Assembly (NCBI GenBank): GCA_966685145.1
Contig: CBKXXB010000002.1
Location: forward strand, 1 to 59,468
Direction: 5' to 3'
Length of the DNA: 59,468 bases
From: an uncultured bacterium
GTDB taxonomy: Bacteria; Patescibacteriota; Saccharimonadia; Saccharimonadales; OFTM59
Part shown: positions 27,175-37,060 of the stretch, in pieces
How the letters are laid out: each line of letters opens with the position of its first letter
Numbering within the stretch: the first letter of the stretch is position 1
The notes under the pieces: model-generated
Database searches by the model: none
What the model saw: the letters and a program-made list of their open reading frames with translations, nothing else
Told to the model about the DNA's origin: nothing
Translations under genes and position numbers: made by a program

Positions 27175-27847
27175 GACGGTGATCCTTTTTAAATATGGGG
27201 TTCATGCGCACGAAGGTCTCCGCCCACCTAATGATAAATCCCCTGCGTTCATCAAAAATCTGCTGGACTCCTACCCAGGCCATGATCAAGGCCCCTACCC
27301 CGTCAACGATCAAGTCCTGAATAGTGTCACGAAATCCATCGACTGTTAGGTTGCCACCGAATACTAAAGCCAATCCGTACTCAAATACCTCCCATAGCGC
27401 ACCAAAAGCCAGTCCTACGCTAAAGATCAGAAGGCCAATTAGCATCCTGCTGGCATGCAGTTTCTTCTGCTTTACCTTGATGTACAGGATCAAAAAGGCT
27501 ATGAAGCCGATTATGAATCCCGAACTGGTGTGCAACACCACGTCCCACCACCAGAAATGATCATAGGCTCCTCCGGCTTTGCCCAAAAACACGGCCATGT
27601 ACATAAAAATTACCAGTACGAAGTCAAATTCAATCGGTAAGTTTATTTTGACTTTAGATCTGACGAGCCAAGGCAGGTACATAAGCCCAAGCGCCAAGAT
27701 ACTGTACAAAAATGCCCAAAGGTCGCGGTAGTACAGAGCCAGACCCATGGCAACCACTACCGATAAACGCAGTATTACTAAAAGCCAATACTGAATCCGG
27801 TCATCAAGGGACTTAACGCGAGACAAGGTATGCTCAGTACTGCTCAT
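27167..27847 (-). CDS. Integral membrane protein (possibly YjdF/DUF2238-like)
   Basis: Six or more hydrophobic helices, plus WEVFEY....D..D..VDG, which resembles DUF2238. The family call is weak. Confidence 0.55.
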   Translation of the reverse strand: MSSTEHTLSRVKSLDDRIQYWLLVILRLSVVVAMGLALYYRDLWAFLYSILALGLMYLPWLVRSKVKINLPIEFDFVLVIFMYMAVFLGKAGGAYDHFWWWDVVLHTSSGFIIGFIAFLILYIKVKQKKLHASRMLIGLLIFSVGLAFGALWEVFEYGLALVFGGNLTVDGFRDTIQDLIVDGVGALIMAWVGVQQIFDERRGFIIRWAETFVRMNPIFKKDHRRA

Positions 27848-27863
27848 TTCTTGGCATTATACC

Positions 27864-29090
27864 TTAGTGCCACAGCTGGTTCATGCTTTGCTGCCAGTTG
27901 GCGCGCTCTTCAATCGCCCTTTGCAGATCTGAGTTAGCACGCTGCGTTAATTGCCTGTATCCTCCGCTGCTGCCAATAGCTTCATATTCAAGCTTCGGCT
28001 TTATCTTCTCCAGACCTTGCTCTTCGGCCATTTCGAGACAACTGTCATCACGCGGACGACATTGGTCCCCGAATTCCAGCCACTTGGCCACATTCTCATC
28101 ATATGGAAGCGTCATAGTGACGGCAATGCTTAAGCCGCGGTTCGTTTCATAGTCAAGCTGGTCAAAGATAAAGTTGCCTGTCGAGTAAACAATTAATTTA
28201 CCTTTATACACCTCCGTATTTTGTACCCAGTGGGGGCTATTTCCGATTAGAAATTCGGGCCCGCGGTCGATTATTCTGTGTGCGATACGCACTTGTTTGT
28301 CGTCAGCTCTAGGCTGGTACTCGGTCCCTACCTGCATAAAGGCAAACACTGGCATAACCCGAACATAACGGTCCATAACTTCAATTTCTCCTGGCTCAGG
28401 ATCGTATTCAAAGTAGTGCCAGGCGCAGAATGCTATCGGCAGCTTGCCTTTTACTTCTGTTTTGTCCTTCTTTTGTAGCCGGACCGGCCATGCCACTACT
28501 TTACAAATATCATCCTTTACCCGGGGGCTGTAGTTGCCCAACGTCTGTATACCGCCTTCTTCCAGCAATCTGACCGTTTCTTCATATCCCTCTTCGCCCA
28601 TGTCGCGGGTGTGGTTATTGGCTATATTGGCAACTATAGTGCCGAATTGGCGGCGCATAGCCGGTACGAACTCCGGACGACAGTTAAAGACAGTGTTTGC
28701 GACCTGTTGCCGGTAGGGTATGTTGTTCGTAGTCATGGGGCACTCGTGGTCGAACTCCCAAGCATCATACTGTTCCGGGTTAAAGGAACTGAACTTGCTG
28801 AATGGCTGGTTGTAATCAATGCTGCCGTCAGCCTGGCGGGCTTCGTTTTCCACGGCACGGGCAATGACAACAGTACCGCTGAATAAATACTTGCCATTCA
28901 CAGACTCGTACTGCAGTTCTTTTTTAGTCTCGCTGTTTTGAGATATAAGCGGTACGTTTACCGGAGCTTTGCCTGAACGCAGCAGCCAAAAGCCGGCTGC
29001 AGCAGCAATAAGCAGCAATGGCACAATCAGCCAGCGTTTTGATTTCTTCTGTGGCCGTCTGTACGACGGCCTATATGTGTCATACCTCAT
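27864..29090 (-). CDS. CapA/PGA_cap family metallophosphatase-like protein, membrane anchored (paralog 1)
   Basis: NIANNHTRDMGEEG motif and an N-terminal basic segment plus TM helix (KRWLIVPLLLIAAAAGFWLL). The ATG at 29090 was chosen to avoid overlap with the divergent gene. Confidence 0.75.
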   Translation of the reverse strand: MRYDTYRPSYRRPQKKSKRWLIVPLLLIAAAAGFWLLRSGKAPVNVPLISQNSETKKELQYESVNGKYLFSGTVVIARAVENEARQADGSIDYNQPFSKFSSFNPEQYDAWEFDHECPMTTNNIPYRQQVANTVFNCRPEFVPAMRRQFGTIVANIANNHTRDMGEEGYEETVRLLEEGGIQTLGNYSPRVKDDICKVVAWPVRLQKKDKTEVKGKLPIAFCAWHYFEYDPEPGEIEVMDRYVRVMPVFAFMQVGTEYQPRADDKQVRIAHRIIDRGPEFLIGNSPHWVQNTEVYKGKLIVYSTGNFIFDQLDYETNRGLSIAVTMTLPYDENVAKWLEFGDQCRPRDDSCLEMAEEQGLEKIKPKLEYEAIGSSGGYRQLTQRANSDLQRAIEERANWQQSMNQLWH

Positions 29091-29106
29091 ATATACTGAT
29101 ACAAGT

Positions 29107-29877
29107 ATGTCATATAGAAGACTCCTTATTCCAGTCATTTTAGTGGTCGCGCTTCTCGGTGTAGCTTTATTTTTCTTCCGTTCTCCGGCTGACATGCCGG
29201 CACCTTCAAACCACCAGCAGCAAGAACCTGCGCCGAACCAAACCGAACTCGAAAACCCTGAATCTGAGCAGCCCGTTACCAGCTTTAATAAGAATCAGCA
29301 TTCCATAGATGAGCTCGGCAGTATTTGGCAAATCGTGAACAAAAAACGCGCCCTGCCCGCTAACTATGTGCCCAGCGACTTGGTCGTACCTGATGTCAGG
29401 CTGCGCTTAGCTGCCTCTCACGAACAAATGAAAATCAGGAAAGTCGTTGAATCCGATCTTGCAGAAATGTTTAAGGCAGCGCAGCAAGATAGCGTGACGC
29501 TGGTATTCGGCAGCGGCTACCGTTCATATGCCCTGCAAAAACAGTTTTATGACAGCTACGTGGCTCGTGACGGCCAAGCTGAAGCCGATCGCTACAGCGC
29601 TCGTCCCGGTACGAGCGAACATCAGACAGGATTGAGTTTTGACGCGACCTCAACCAGCGGCAAATGTCATCTGGAAGTCTGCTTCGAGAACATGGACGAA
29701 GGAAAGTGGATAAAAGCAAATGCCCATAAATACGGTTTTATAATCAGGTATCCTGAAGGCAAAGAAGGAATAACTGGCTATCAATATGAACCTTGGCACC
29801 TACGTTATGTAGGCCGTGAACTAGCCGCCGAGATTAACCGAACCAATCAAACTCTAGAAGAATTTTTTGATCTTTAG
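29107..29877 (+). CDS. D-alanyl-D-alanine carboxypeptidase, VanY / peptidase M15B family
   Basis: SGYRSYALQ, ARPGTSEHQTGLSFD and EPWHLRYVG motifs, with an N-terminal TM anchor. The ATG at 29107 is preferred. Confidence 0.85.
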   Translation: MSYRRLLIPVILVVALLGVALFFFRSPADMPAPSNHQQQEPAPNQTELENPESEQPVTSFNKNQHSIDELGSIWQIVNKKRALPANYVPSDLVVPDVRLRLAASHEQMKIRKVVESDLAEMFKAAQQDSVTLVFGSGYRSYALQKQFYDSYVARDGQAEADRYSARPGTSEHQTGLSFDATSTSGKCHLEVCFENMDEGKWIKANAHKYGFIIRYPEGKEGITGYQYEPWHLRYVGRELAAEINRTNQTLEEFFDL

Positions 29878-29881
29878 CTAC

Positions 29882-30244
29882 TTACCACTGCGGCGATGCG
29901 CCTTCGGCTTGGCCGATAACTGAACCAGGCCCTACCATTCTAACCGTTGTATCTAGTGAACAACCGCCTAAATGTTCAGCTACTCTCGCAGCGTAAGATG
30001 GAAAATCTAAATCTTCTGCCACTATAAACGTATCCGAGTCAAAACCAATGTCCATTGTGCCATCCGGGTGATGCTCGATAGAGGTAGGATTGTGATAATA
30101 TGTTTTGCTGCCAACAAAGGATACCGGCAAGGGCAGGTCGTCTAATTCGTCGGCCGTAAGCGGCGGGCGAAAACCCAGGTAAAAGTAATCACTCGTTTCT
30201 CCCAACATTACTTCTCTAAGCTGCTCTGTGGTGTTCCCCATCAT
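29882..30244 (-). CDS. Hypothetical protein
   Basis: 120 aa, acidic, with no recognised motif. It lies between VanY and the second CapA paralog. Confidence 0.5.
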   Translation of the reverse strand: MMGNTTEQLREVMLGETSDYFYLGFRPPLTADELDDLPLPVSFVGSKTYYHNPTSIEHHPDGTMDIGFDSDTFIVAEDLDFPSYAARVAEHLGGCSLDTTVRMVGPGSVIGQAEGASPQW

Positions 30245-30308
30245 CTACTCCTCGCGTTATACTTGTTATTTTTTATCAACTGCTTACTGTTTGCAAGCAG
30301 GAGCATAA

Positions 30309-31700
30309 TCAATATTCCGTTGATGTAATAATCGGAACTTCTGTGAATTTGTTCAATAAAGCTTTGATGCGCTCAGCTTGAACTTCTACTGTAGTATTGT
30401 GGTGCGATTTGGCAATTAGGTTAGCTGCTTTATCTAGTGGGACCATAGTGAAACTGTGACGTGCAAGCAAATCAGCCTGGTTATGGCGAGCTGATTGTTC
30501 AGCCGTCCATTCGTAATGCTGGTAAACCGGCATGAAGCTGATTTTAGTAATTTTCTTACTCGACGTGTCTATGTCCATAACTGCGAAACCGCCTATCAGA
30601 TTCTCTATCTCAAGCTGAGAGTTTAGAAAATTTCCCAGAGAAAACCAAACCGGCACTTCTCTGCCATCGGTTGCTTTGACAAGTTTTACCGGTTGCAAGG
30701 CGTGTGGGCCATGGCCTACTATGGCGTCTGCCCCGGCGTCCGCTAACACTTGAGCTATCTGGTCCTGTTGCGCATTTATGTCCGCTGAATATTCCGTACC
30801 CCAACGCATACTGATCAACACGAAGTCCGCGTTCTCTTGTGCGGCGGCAATATCTGTTTTGGCCGCGGCTTCGTTATACATATCAACCCCGTAGGAATTG
30901 CCTAAAGGTTTATTTGTATAAGTCGTATAAGACAGGAATGCGAATTTCATCCCCTTCACGGTAAAAATACGCTGCTTTTTCTGCTCTTCGGGCGAGCGGT
31001 TAGCGCCGGCCACCGCCAATACGTTCTGACGATCGTCCCAAGCAGCTACGGTAGCATCAATCAAAGCCTGTCCTTTGTCATTAGTATGGTTAGTCCCCAG
31101 ATTAATGACGTTGCATCCAACCCCTTCAATGCCCCGGGCAAACTCTATGGGCGCGTTAAATACCGGGTAGCCGCTTATGCCGAACTGCTCTCCACCGGCG
31201 GGTGTCGCTTGGTTACAGAAGCGTATATCTGCCTTATCAAAGTAAGGCTTCATGTCTGACATCAAGCGCACATAGTCGTAACCTCCGCCTGCCTGCCTGG
31301 CATTCTTGTTAATAGATTCATGTCCGATCATGTCGCCTGTCGCAACAAGACGAATAGATGCATCGTTTTGCTGCGTCCGGCCCTGGAGCGGCTCAGCCGG
31401 AGCCTTAGGCCCAGTTGTCTCCAAGCGAGAACGTATATTGCGGTTTTTAATATATACGGCGGCACTCGCACTCCCGGCACCGATTAACAAAATCAGCACT
31501 GTCAGCACTACAGGCCAGCGTCTGCGTTTTGGCTTAGGCTGGTACTGCCGTTCAGTTGCGTCTTGCTGCCTCAAAGGAGCCTCAACTCTAGAAGATGCAC
31601 TTGCCGGTGTACGCGGAGGAGGTGCCGGTTGGTACGGTTCTGGCTGCGGCGAAGGACCAGCAGCGTCACGCTTACGCAATCGCTCGTAAATGTCGTCCAT
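30309..31700 (-). CDS. CapA/PGA_cap family metallophosphatase-like protein, membrane anchored (paralog 2)
   Basis: INLGTNHTNDKGQ motif, a Pro-rich N-terminal cytoplasmic segment, and a TM helix (WPVVLTVLILLIGAGSASAAVYI). Confidence 0.75.
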   Translation of the reverse strand: MDDIYERLRKRDAAGPSPQPEPYQPAPPPRTPASASSRVEAPLRQQDATERQYQPKPKRRRWPVVLTVLILLIGAGSASAAVYIKNRNIRSRLETTGPKAPAEPLQGRTQQNDASIRLVATGDMIGHESINKNARQAGGGYDYVRLMSDMKPYFDKADIRFCNQATPAGGEQFGISGYPVFNAPIEFARGIEGVGCNVINLGTNHTNDKGQALIDATVAAWDDRQNVLAVAGANRSPEEQKKQRIFTVKGMKFAFLSYTTYTNKPLGNSYGVDMYNEAAAKTDIAAAQENADFVLISMRWGTEYSADINAQQDQIAQVLADAGADAIVGHGPHALQPVKLVKATDGREVPVWFSLGNFLNSQLEIENLIGGFAVMDIDTSSKKITKISFMPVYQHYEWTAEQSARHNQADLLARHSFTMVPLDKAANLIAKSHHNTTVEVQAERIKALLNKFTEVPIITSTEY

Positions 31701-31751
31701 AAAAAACGTCTCTTAAACCCAAAGTTATATCTTGATTATCGTGTTTATGCA

Positions 31752-32159
31752 TTATACCTTTTTGTCACCGGGTTTAAAATCCAGGGCGCAAGAGTTAACA
31801 CAGTAATGTTTGCCTGTCGGTGAAGAATCGTCCTCAAACAAGTGCCCCAAATGGCTGCCGCAACGGGCACATTGAATTTCGGTTCTATGCATGCCGTAGC
31901 TGTCATCGTCCACTAGCCGCACAGCACCAGAGTCTAGCACTTCTGCAAAACTTGGCCAGCCGGCTAGAGTTGGTATTGATGTGTCGTATTTATGCTGGCT
32001 GCTAAAAAGCTCGGTGCCGCAAGCCGCACATTTGTATACACCGTTGCCCAATTGTTTTAGATATTTGCCAGTAAACGGCCATTCCGTACCTTTTTCGCGC
32101 AGTATGCGGTACTGCTCGGGCGTGAGTTTCTTTTTCCACTCTTCATCGTTTAGCTGCAT
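31752..32159 (-). CDS. msrB: Peptide-methionine (R)-S-oxide reductase
   Basis: Zinc motifs CAACG...CARCGSHLGHLFED and GWPSF. The ATG at 32159 is preferred. Confidence 0.92.
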   Translation of the reverse strand: MQLNDEEWKKKLTPEQYRILREKGTEWPFTGKYLKQLGNGVYKCAACGTELFSSQHKYDTSIPTLAGWPSFAEVLDSGAVRLVDDDSYGMHRTEIQCARCGSHLGHLFEDDSSPTGKHYCVNSCALDFKPGDKKV

Positions 32160-32169
32160 GGAGGTTAGG

Positions 32170-32580
32170 CTACTCTTTCTTCTTATCCAAACGGTCCAGC
32201 TTAAGGCCTTTAACGACAAAGTATACAACCGCGGCCACAGTCATAAAGCTTATAAGCACAGCTACAAAAGCTCCGTAACCAAAGTCAGCCGTCTTGCCAA
32301 AAAGCGAAAGGCTAAAGGTCTTCTCGGCTAATGTACCGCTCCCCGGCAGAATAAGGCCAAGCAAAGGATTGATAAAGCTGGCTACTGTTTGATCAACCAG
32401 TGTTTTCACTTGTGTACCGAGGACAAGACCTACGGCCAGCCCCACCACTCCCTGCTGGCGAACAAACGTCATGAAACCTTGCAAATGGCCCCTAACCCTG
32501 GGGGCGGGAATCTTCTCAAGCTCTTCCCTCGCTGCTTCTACGCGTTTTAGTACCTCAGCCTTAGTTGGTTGCGAGCTCAT
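32170..32580 (-). CDS. mscL: Large-conductance mechanosensitive channel
   Basis: FMTFVRQQGVVGLAVGLVLG and INPLLGLI motifs; 136 aa. Its start shares one nt with the gdh stop (TAATG). Confidence 0.9.
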   Translation of the reverse strand: MSSQPTKAEVLKRVEAAREELEKIPAPRVRGHLQGFMTFVRQQGVVGLAVGLVLGTQVKTLVDQTVASFINPLLGLILPGSGTLAEKTFSLSLFGKTADFGYGAFVAVLISFMTVAAVVYFVVKGLKLDRLDKKKE

Positions 32581-33800
32581 TATTTACTCCTTTTCGCCTC
32601 TAGTATACGCCGGATTGCCAAACTGAAAGCCGCCTCTTTGAGCGGTACCTTATCCTTCTCGGCCACGATCATAGCTTCATTAATAGCAACGGTCATATAG
32701 CGCTCAAGTTCCGCATTCACCCGATCCCGTGACCATTGTTCCAAATTCTTATTTTGTCGCCATTCCAGATAACTGACTATTACACCCCCGGCATTAGCTA
32801 AAACATCCGGAATAATAAGTATGCCCTTATGTGTCAGATAGTTATGCGCCGCCTCGTTAACCGGACCGTTGGCAAGCTCTAGAATGTACTTTGCGCGAAT
32901 GCTCTTCATATTTTCTTCTGCCACGACATCGCCCAAAGCCGCCAGTACCAGCACGTCTACATCCTCGGTTAATAGCTCTTCATTGCTAATTTTTCGCGAA
33001 TTTGGCAGCTTGTAGTCTATAAGCCGGTTGCCGGATTTTTTAAAAGCATCCAACTCGCTTGCCACAAGGCCGCCCGAGCGGTACAAACCACCGCTCGAAT
33101 CAGTTGCTGCGACCAGGCGCCAGTTGGGATGCTCTCGCTCAGCTATTTCGGCAAAGAATGAACCAACATTGCCAAAACCCTGCACACCTATGGTTATTGG
33201 TATGCCGCCTTTCTTCAGATGCTTCAGGACTTCACGCAGGGCAATAACACCACCACGGCCCGTGGCCTCTTCTCTACCCTCACTGCCCCCGTTTTTAAGA
33301 GATTTGCCGGTAAAACTTGCTCGGCTTGTATCGCCCGTAAGACGCTCGTACTCGTCAACCATCCAGTCAATAACCGTAGCGTTGGTATTAACATCCGGAG
33401 CCGGAACATCTTTGTCGGGACCTATATGTGGCGCCAGGCTAGCGGCATACTTGCGGGCTAACTCTTCTAACTCTTCCTTGGTTAGTTCTTTAGGATTTAC
33501 GGCTACACCGCCCTTCCCACCGCCAAGCGGTAAGCCCACAGCCGCGGTTTTCAGGGACATAAGCGTAGCTAGAGCTTTCACTTCTCTAAGGTCTACCTCG
33601 GGGTGAAATCTGATGCCTCCTTTATAAGGGCCTAACGCGTTATTGTGCTGTACCCGGTATGCCTTATGAGTACGACCATTGCTCAAGGCTATCTCAAATT
33701 CGTGTTCGGCATCAGTATTGAGCAAATAATCAATCTCTTCTTGGTCTAGGTCTAGGCGTTTGCCTACACGCCGAATAAGTTCGTGAGCGGTTTCAAGCAC
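32580..33800 (-). CDS. Glu/Leu/Phe/Val-family amino acid dehydrogenase (glutamate dehydrogenase-like)
   Basis: GPYKGGIRFHP and LPLGGGKGGV motifs and a GFGNVG Rossmann motif. The start is GTG, preceded by a GGGAG RBS. Confidence 0.9.
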   Translation of the reverse strand: MLETAHELIRRVGKRLDLDQEEIDYLLNTDAEHEFEIALSNGRTHKAYRVQHNNALGPYKGGIRFHPEVDLREVKALATLMSLKTAAVGLPLGGGKGGVAVNPKELTKEELEELARKYAASLAPHIGPDKDVPAPDVNTNATVIDWMVDEYERLTGDTSRASFTGKSLKNGGSEGREEATGRGGVIALREVLKHLKKGGIPITIGVQGFGNVGSFFAEIAEREHPNWRLVAATDSSGGLYRSGGLVASELDAFKKSGNRLIDYKLPNSRKISNEELLTEDVDVLVLAALGDVVAEENMKSIRAKYILELANGPVNEAAHNYLTHKGILIIPDVLANAGGVIVSYLEWRQNKNLEQWSRDRVNAELERYMTVAINEAMIVAEKDKVPLKEAAFSLAIRRILEAKRSK

Positions 33801-33835
33801 GGTAACTCCCTACGTTTCGTACTAATGATTGTACT

Positions 33836-35323
33836 TCATAATAGCGTGTAGCGGGCTAGAAAATCTTCCGCGCGGTAGCCAATGATGCGCCTGTGATCGG
33901 AATCAAGCCTTTCCAACCTTTGCACCATAACCCTGGTCTGAGGATAACGTGCAAGCAGAGTACGGTGGCGTTCTACAAAACGCCAGAAAAGACCATCCCA
34001 CACATCCGACCATACACCTCGTTCATAATGGCCCATCTGTAGTATGTAGTGACTGGAACTTATGCTCGGCCTGACAAGCAAGCTCTCGTCCGCAAATTCA
34101 ATTGCGCCGTAAACTGTCGGCACCGTTACCCAATCATAAGCATCAATAAACAGCTCGCTAAACCAACGGTGGACTTCATCCGGATGGATCTCCGCCAGCA
34201 GCATTAGGTTGCCCACTATCATCATTCGCTCATTCTGATGTGCATAGGCGTGCGCATTAATCTTCTTCACCACATCATCAAACGGCGGGATGGCTAGATT
34301 GCCGCCGTACCAAGCTCCGGTTAGTTTGCGATGGTGTTTGAAAGTATTGCTCCGCCTTAGCGCAGTTTGACGCGTCAAATACATGCCGCGCAAGAATTCG
34401 CGCCTTCCCAGAATATGACGTATAAAGCTTTCCAGACTTTGCAAAGGCACCGGGTGCTTCGCATGACGCTTGAGAGCTGCTTCAATGACCTGCTGTGGGC
34501 TAAGTAAGCCTATATTAAGACTGCCGGCAATCGCACTATGGTAAAGCCACGCCGCCTGTCCGTCCAAAGCATTCTCGTAAGGCCCGAAGTGCTCCAGGCG
34601 ATTGGCAATAAACTCTTCCAGCCATTTTGCGGCTTCTTCGTGACTGGTCGGCCAGATGAAATCAGTACTTCCGGGATTATCGGAAAAGTGCTGATTAACG
34701 AACTCTGTTGCCTCATGAACGAAGACGTTATCGCCATATACTTGAAAGCTGGGTAAGGCCTGGCCCTTCGGTAGGCGTTCATTCTTCTCAGGCTCCAGGC
34801 ACCATTCACCACCTACGGGTTTGTAGTCATCGCCTATAAGTATATTGAAGCGTTCTCTTTGCCATTGATAAAAGTCAGCGAACAGTTTCGGGTGGCTCTT
34901 CACCAGATACTGACGCACATCCGCGTCTTTGAGATAAAAGTTAGGACTTGGCAAAAATTGCAGCTCAGGCGAATCAGGGTGCTCTCGCCGAGCCTCAAGC
35001 AGGCGCCGAACAAGCGTATCGTTCATCGGGTCGATTATGTATAGCTGCTCGAACTTCTTGGCCCTAGATAAGATGTCGCTACTGTCATAGAGCACGTCCA
35101 GATCTATGTACTCTACTTCGTATTTGCCCGGCCATAGGACCTCTTCTACATAGCGGCGCATGCTGGCCCGGTGCAGAATCAGCTTTTGCTTATGTAATTT
35201 AAGCGGAAACTCCCGATCCGTACCGAAAAACAAAGGCTCCTCTACTAGGATAATGGTGTCGACTTGCGGCAACACCGACACTGGGAAAAGTTGGTTAGGA
35301 TATAGAACTAGCGCGGATTTCAT
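33836..35323 (-). CDS. Cryptochrome/photolyase-related protein of the COG3046 / FeS-BCP (PhrB/CryB) type
   Basis: MKSALVLYPNQLF N-terminus, GGEW...EPEKNER, HSAIAGSLNIGLLSP and DAYDWVTVPTVYG motifs; 495 aa. Confidence 0.85.
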   Translation of the reverse strand: MKSALVLYPNQLFPVSVLPQVDTIILVEEPLFFGTDREFPLKLHKQKLILHRASMRRYVEEVLWPGKYEVEYIDLDVLYDSSDILSRAKKFEQLYIIDPMNDTLVRRLLEARREHPDSPELQFLPSPNFYLKDADVRQYLVKSHPKLFADFYQWQRERFNILIGDDYKPVGGEWCLEPEKNERLPKGQALPSFQVYGDNVFVHEATEFVNQHFSDNPGSTDFIWPTSHEEAAKWLEEFIANRLEHFGPYENALDGQAAWLYHSAIAGSLNIGLLSPQQVIEAALKRHAKHPVPLQSLESFIRHILGRREFLRGMYLTRQTALRRSNTFKHHRKLTGAWYGGNLAIPPFDDVVKKINAHAYAHQNERMMIVGNLMLLAEIHPDEVHRWFSELFIDAYDWVTVPTVYGAIEFADESLLVRPSISSSHYILQMGHYERGVWSDVWDGLFWRFVERHRTLLARYPQTRVMVQRLERLDSDHRRIIGYRAEDFLARYTLL

Positions 35324-35368
35324 AGGTTATTTAGCGCCATTATACCGCTTTTGCTTATCTATGCGATA

Positions 35369-37039
35369 TCACATGTGGCTGGGGGCTGGAATATTTAGAA
35401 GAGTCAGACCCTTTTTCAAAGTATCTGCATATGCTTCAACCAGCCTTATGCGCACGTTTTCGCGCTCATCACCGATGACGCGGTTGTGCTCATAAAAGCT
35501 ATTGAACGTCTGGGCAAGCTCATATAAATAAGTGCAAATGTGGTGCGGCATGAGCTCTTGAACGGCATTGTCGATCACCTCGGCATATTCGCCGATCTTT
35601 CGAAGCAAACTTCTCTCTGCAAATTCCAGATTTCCATCTAAGGCATCGGCGCTCGCATCTTTTTGGGCTTTACCTAAAATACTCTTGGCCCTGGCATGGG
35701 CATACTGCAAATACGGACCGCTGTTGCCAAGCAAGCTGACTGATTCTTTAGGATCGTAAATGATATCTCCGCCGATGCGATTCTTTAAGAACGCATATTT
35801 GACTGCGGCCAGTACGGCGCTTTCATCATCTTTGCCATGGATCTCTTGATTGGCGGCGGCTGTGACGTTTAAAACTTCGGCGGCCGGAATGATATTGCCT
35901 TTTCGGCTGCTCATTTTGACACCGCCAGCTAACCTTACCATCCCATGGGGTATGTACTTTGAAGCCTTGGCCAGCTCCGGCAGAAACTGTTCGATAGCTT
36001 TCAGCATTACTGCCATATACTCTTGCTGTTCGTTGCCGGTAATAACCACCGACATGTCAAAGTCATAGTCTTCTTTCTTTTTGATGATCAGGCCTACTTC
36101 CTTGGCTTCATACGTCGGCAGACCTTCGCTGTTGATAAATACACGAGTGTGCAAACCGTATTGTTCGCCCCGAAAGACAATTGCCCCTTCTGATTTTTCG
36201 AACACGCTGCCAATATGCTTCTGAACGGTTTTCAGGCCAAGCTCGGAAACTTCGCTTTCGGGATAGTACTTTTCCATCTTGGTGCCCAGGCGTTCATAAA
36301 ACACGTCAAACGCATCATAGCTCCATTGCCGGCATGCCCAATAAATTTGTGCAAGCGTTGATTCCCGATCATTATCGGCATGGATTTGATAAATTTTTTT
36401 GTTGAGAGTCACGATCTCGGCTTTCGCTGCCTCGTTTTCGTCATAGGCACTATTGCCTGCTACATACATGGCGCTCAACCAGCTTGAACGCTCCTCTTCT
36501 TTGATCTGCTCTAATGCGGCTGGGTTTTCTCCGCCCAGTGCTTGCAAAATAGCCCATATGGTTTTACCTACATGCAAGCCGACATCTCCACCATAGTTGA
36601 CCCGGTGCACCTCTGCTCCAGCTATCTCCAACAAACGAGCTATGGCATCTCCGACTACCGTAGTGTAAACATGGCCAGCATGCAGTACCTTAAACGGGTT
36701 AGGATCGGAGTATTCGGCAACGATTTTTTGTCCATCCATACTCCTCAGTGGCTCGGCACCGGCCAAGCTCCATAGTGCATCATCGCTGAGTTTTATGTTA
36801 ATAAAACCCGGACCCGCAATGGTGATTGTCGACACTGAATCCGATAACTGTTCACTTAACACTGCAACAAGCTCTTCAGCCACCTCACGCGGATTCTTGT
36901 TCAGCTTTCCTGCAAGTTGCATGGCCACATTAGTCGCATAATCGCCGAATTGTTCATCGGGACGGGACAGCTCAGTAGTAACTTCCTCATCGAATAATTT
37001 TTTACAAGCAGTTTCAATGGCAGTCTTGATAGTTTCCAT
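35369..37039 (-). CDS. argS: Arginine--tRNA ligase
   Basis: PNPFKVLHAGHVYTTVVGDAI (HIGH-type motif), MSSRKG (KMSKS-type motif) and a C-terminal anticodon-binding domain (DALR) ending in M. Confidence 0.95.
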   Translation of the reverse strand: METIKTAIETACKKLFDEEVTTELSRPDEQFGDYATNVAMQLAGKLNKNPREVAEELVAVLSEQLSDSVSTITIAGPGFINIKLSDDALWSLAGAEPLRSMDGQKIVAEYSDPNPFKVLHAGHVYTTVVGDAIARLLEIAGAEVHRVNYGGDVGLHVGKTIWAILQALGGENPAALEQIKEEERSSWLSAMYVAGNSAYDENEAAKAEIVTLNKKIYQIHADNDRESTLAQIYWACRQWSYDAFDVFYERLGTKMEKYYPESEVSELGLKTVQKHIGSVFEKSEGAIVFRGEQYGLHTRVFINSEGLPTYEAKEVGLIIKKKEDYDFDMSVVITGNEQQEYMAVMLKAIEQFLPELAKASKYIPHGMVRLAGGVKMSSRKGNIIPAAEVLNVTAAANQEIHGKDDESAVLAAVKYAFLKNRIGGDIIYDPKESVSLLGNSGPYLQYAHARAKSILGKAQKDASADALDGNLEFAERSLLRKIGEYAEVIDNAVQELMPHHICTYLYELAQTFNSFYEHNRVIGDERENVRIRLVEAYADTLKKGLTLLNIPAPSHM

Positions 37040-37060
37040 ATACGCGCCTCAGTATAACAC

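Noticed and set aside
28969-29195. Long forms of the divergent CapA (start 29195) and VanY (start 28969) ORFs, which overlap each other by 227 nt.
   Set aside because: Both have in-frame ATGs (29090 and 29107) placed just before a basic segment and TM anchor, which gives typical signal-anchor N-termini. The long forms add non-conserved-looking residues. This is not proven, and is noted in a finding.
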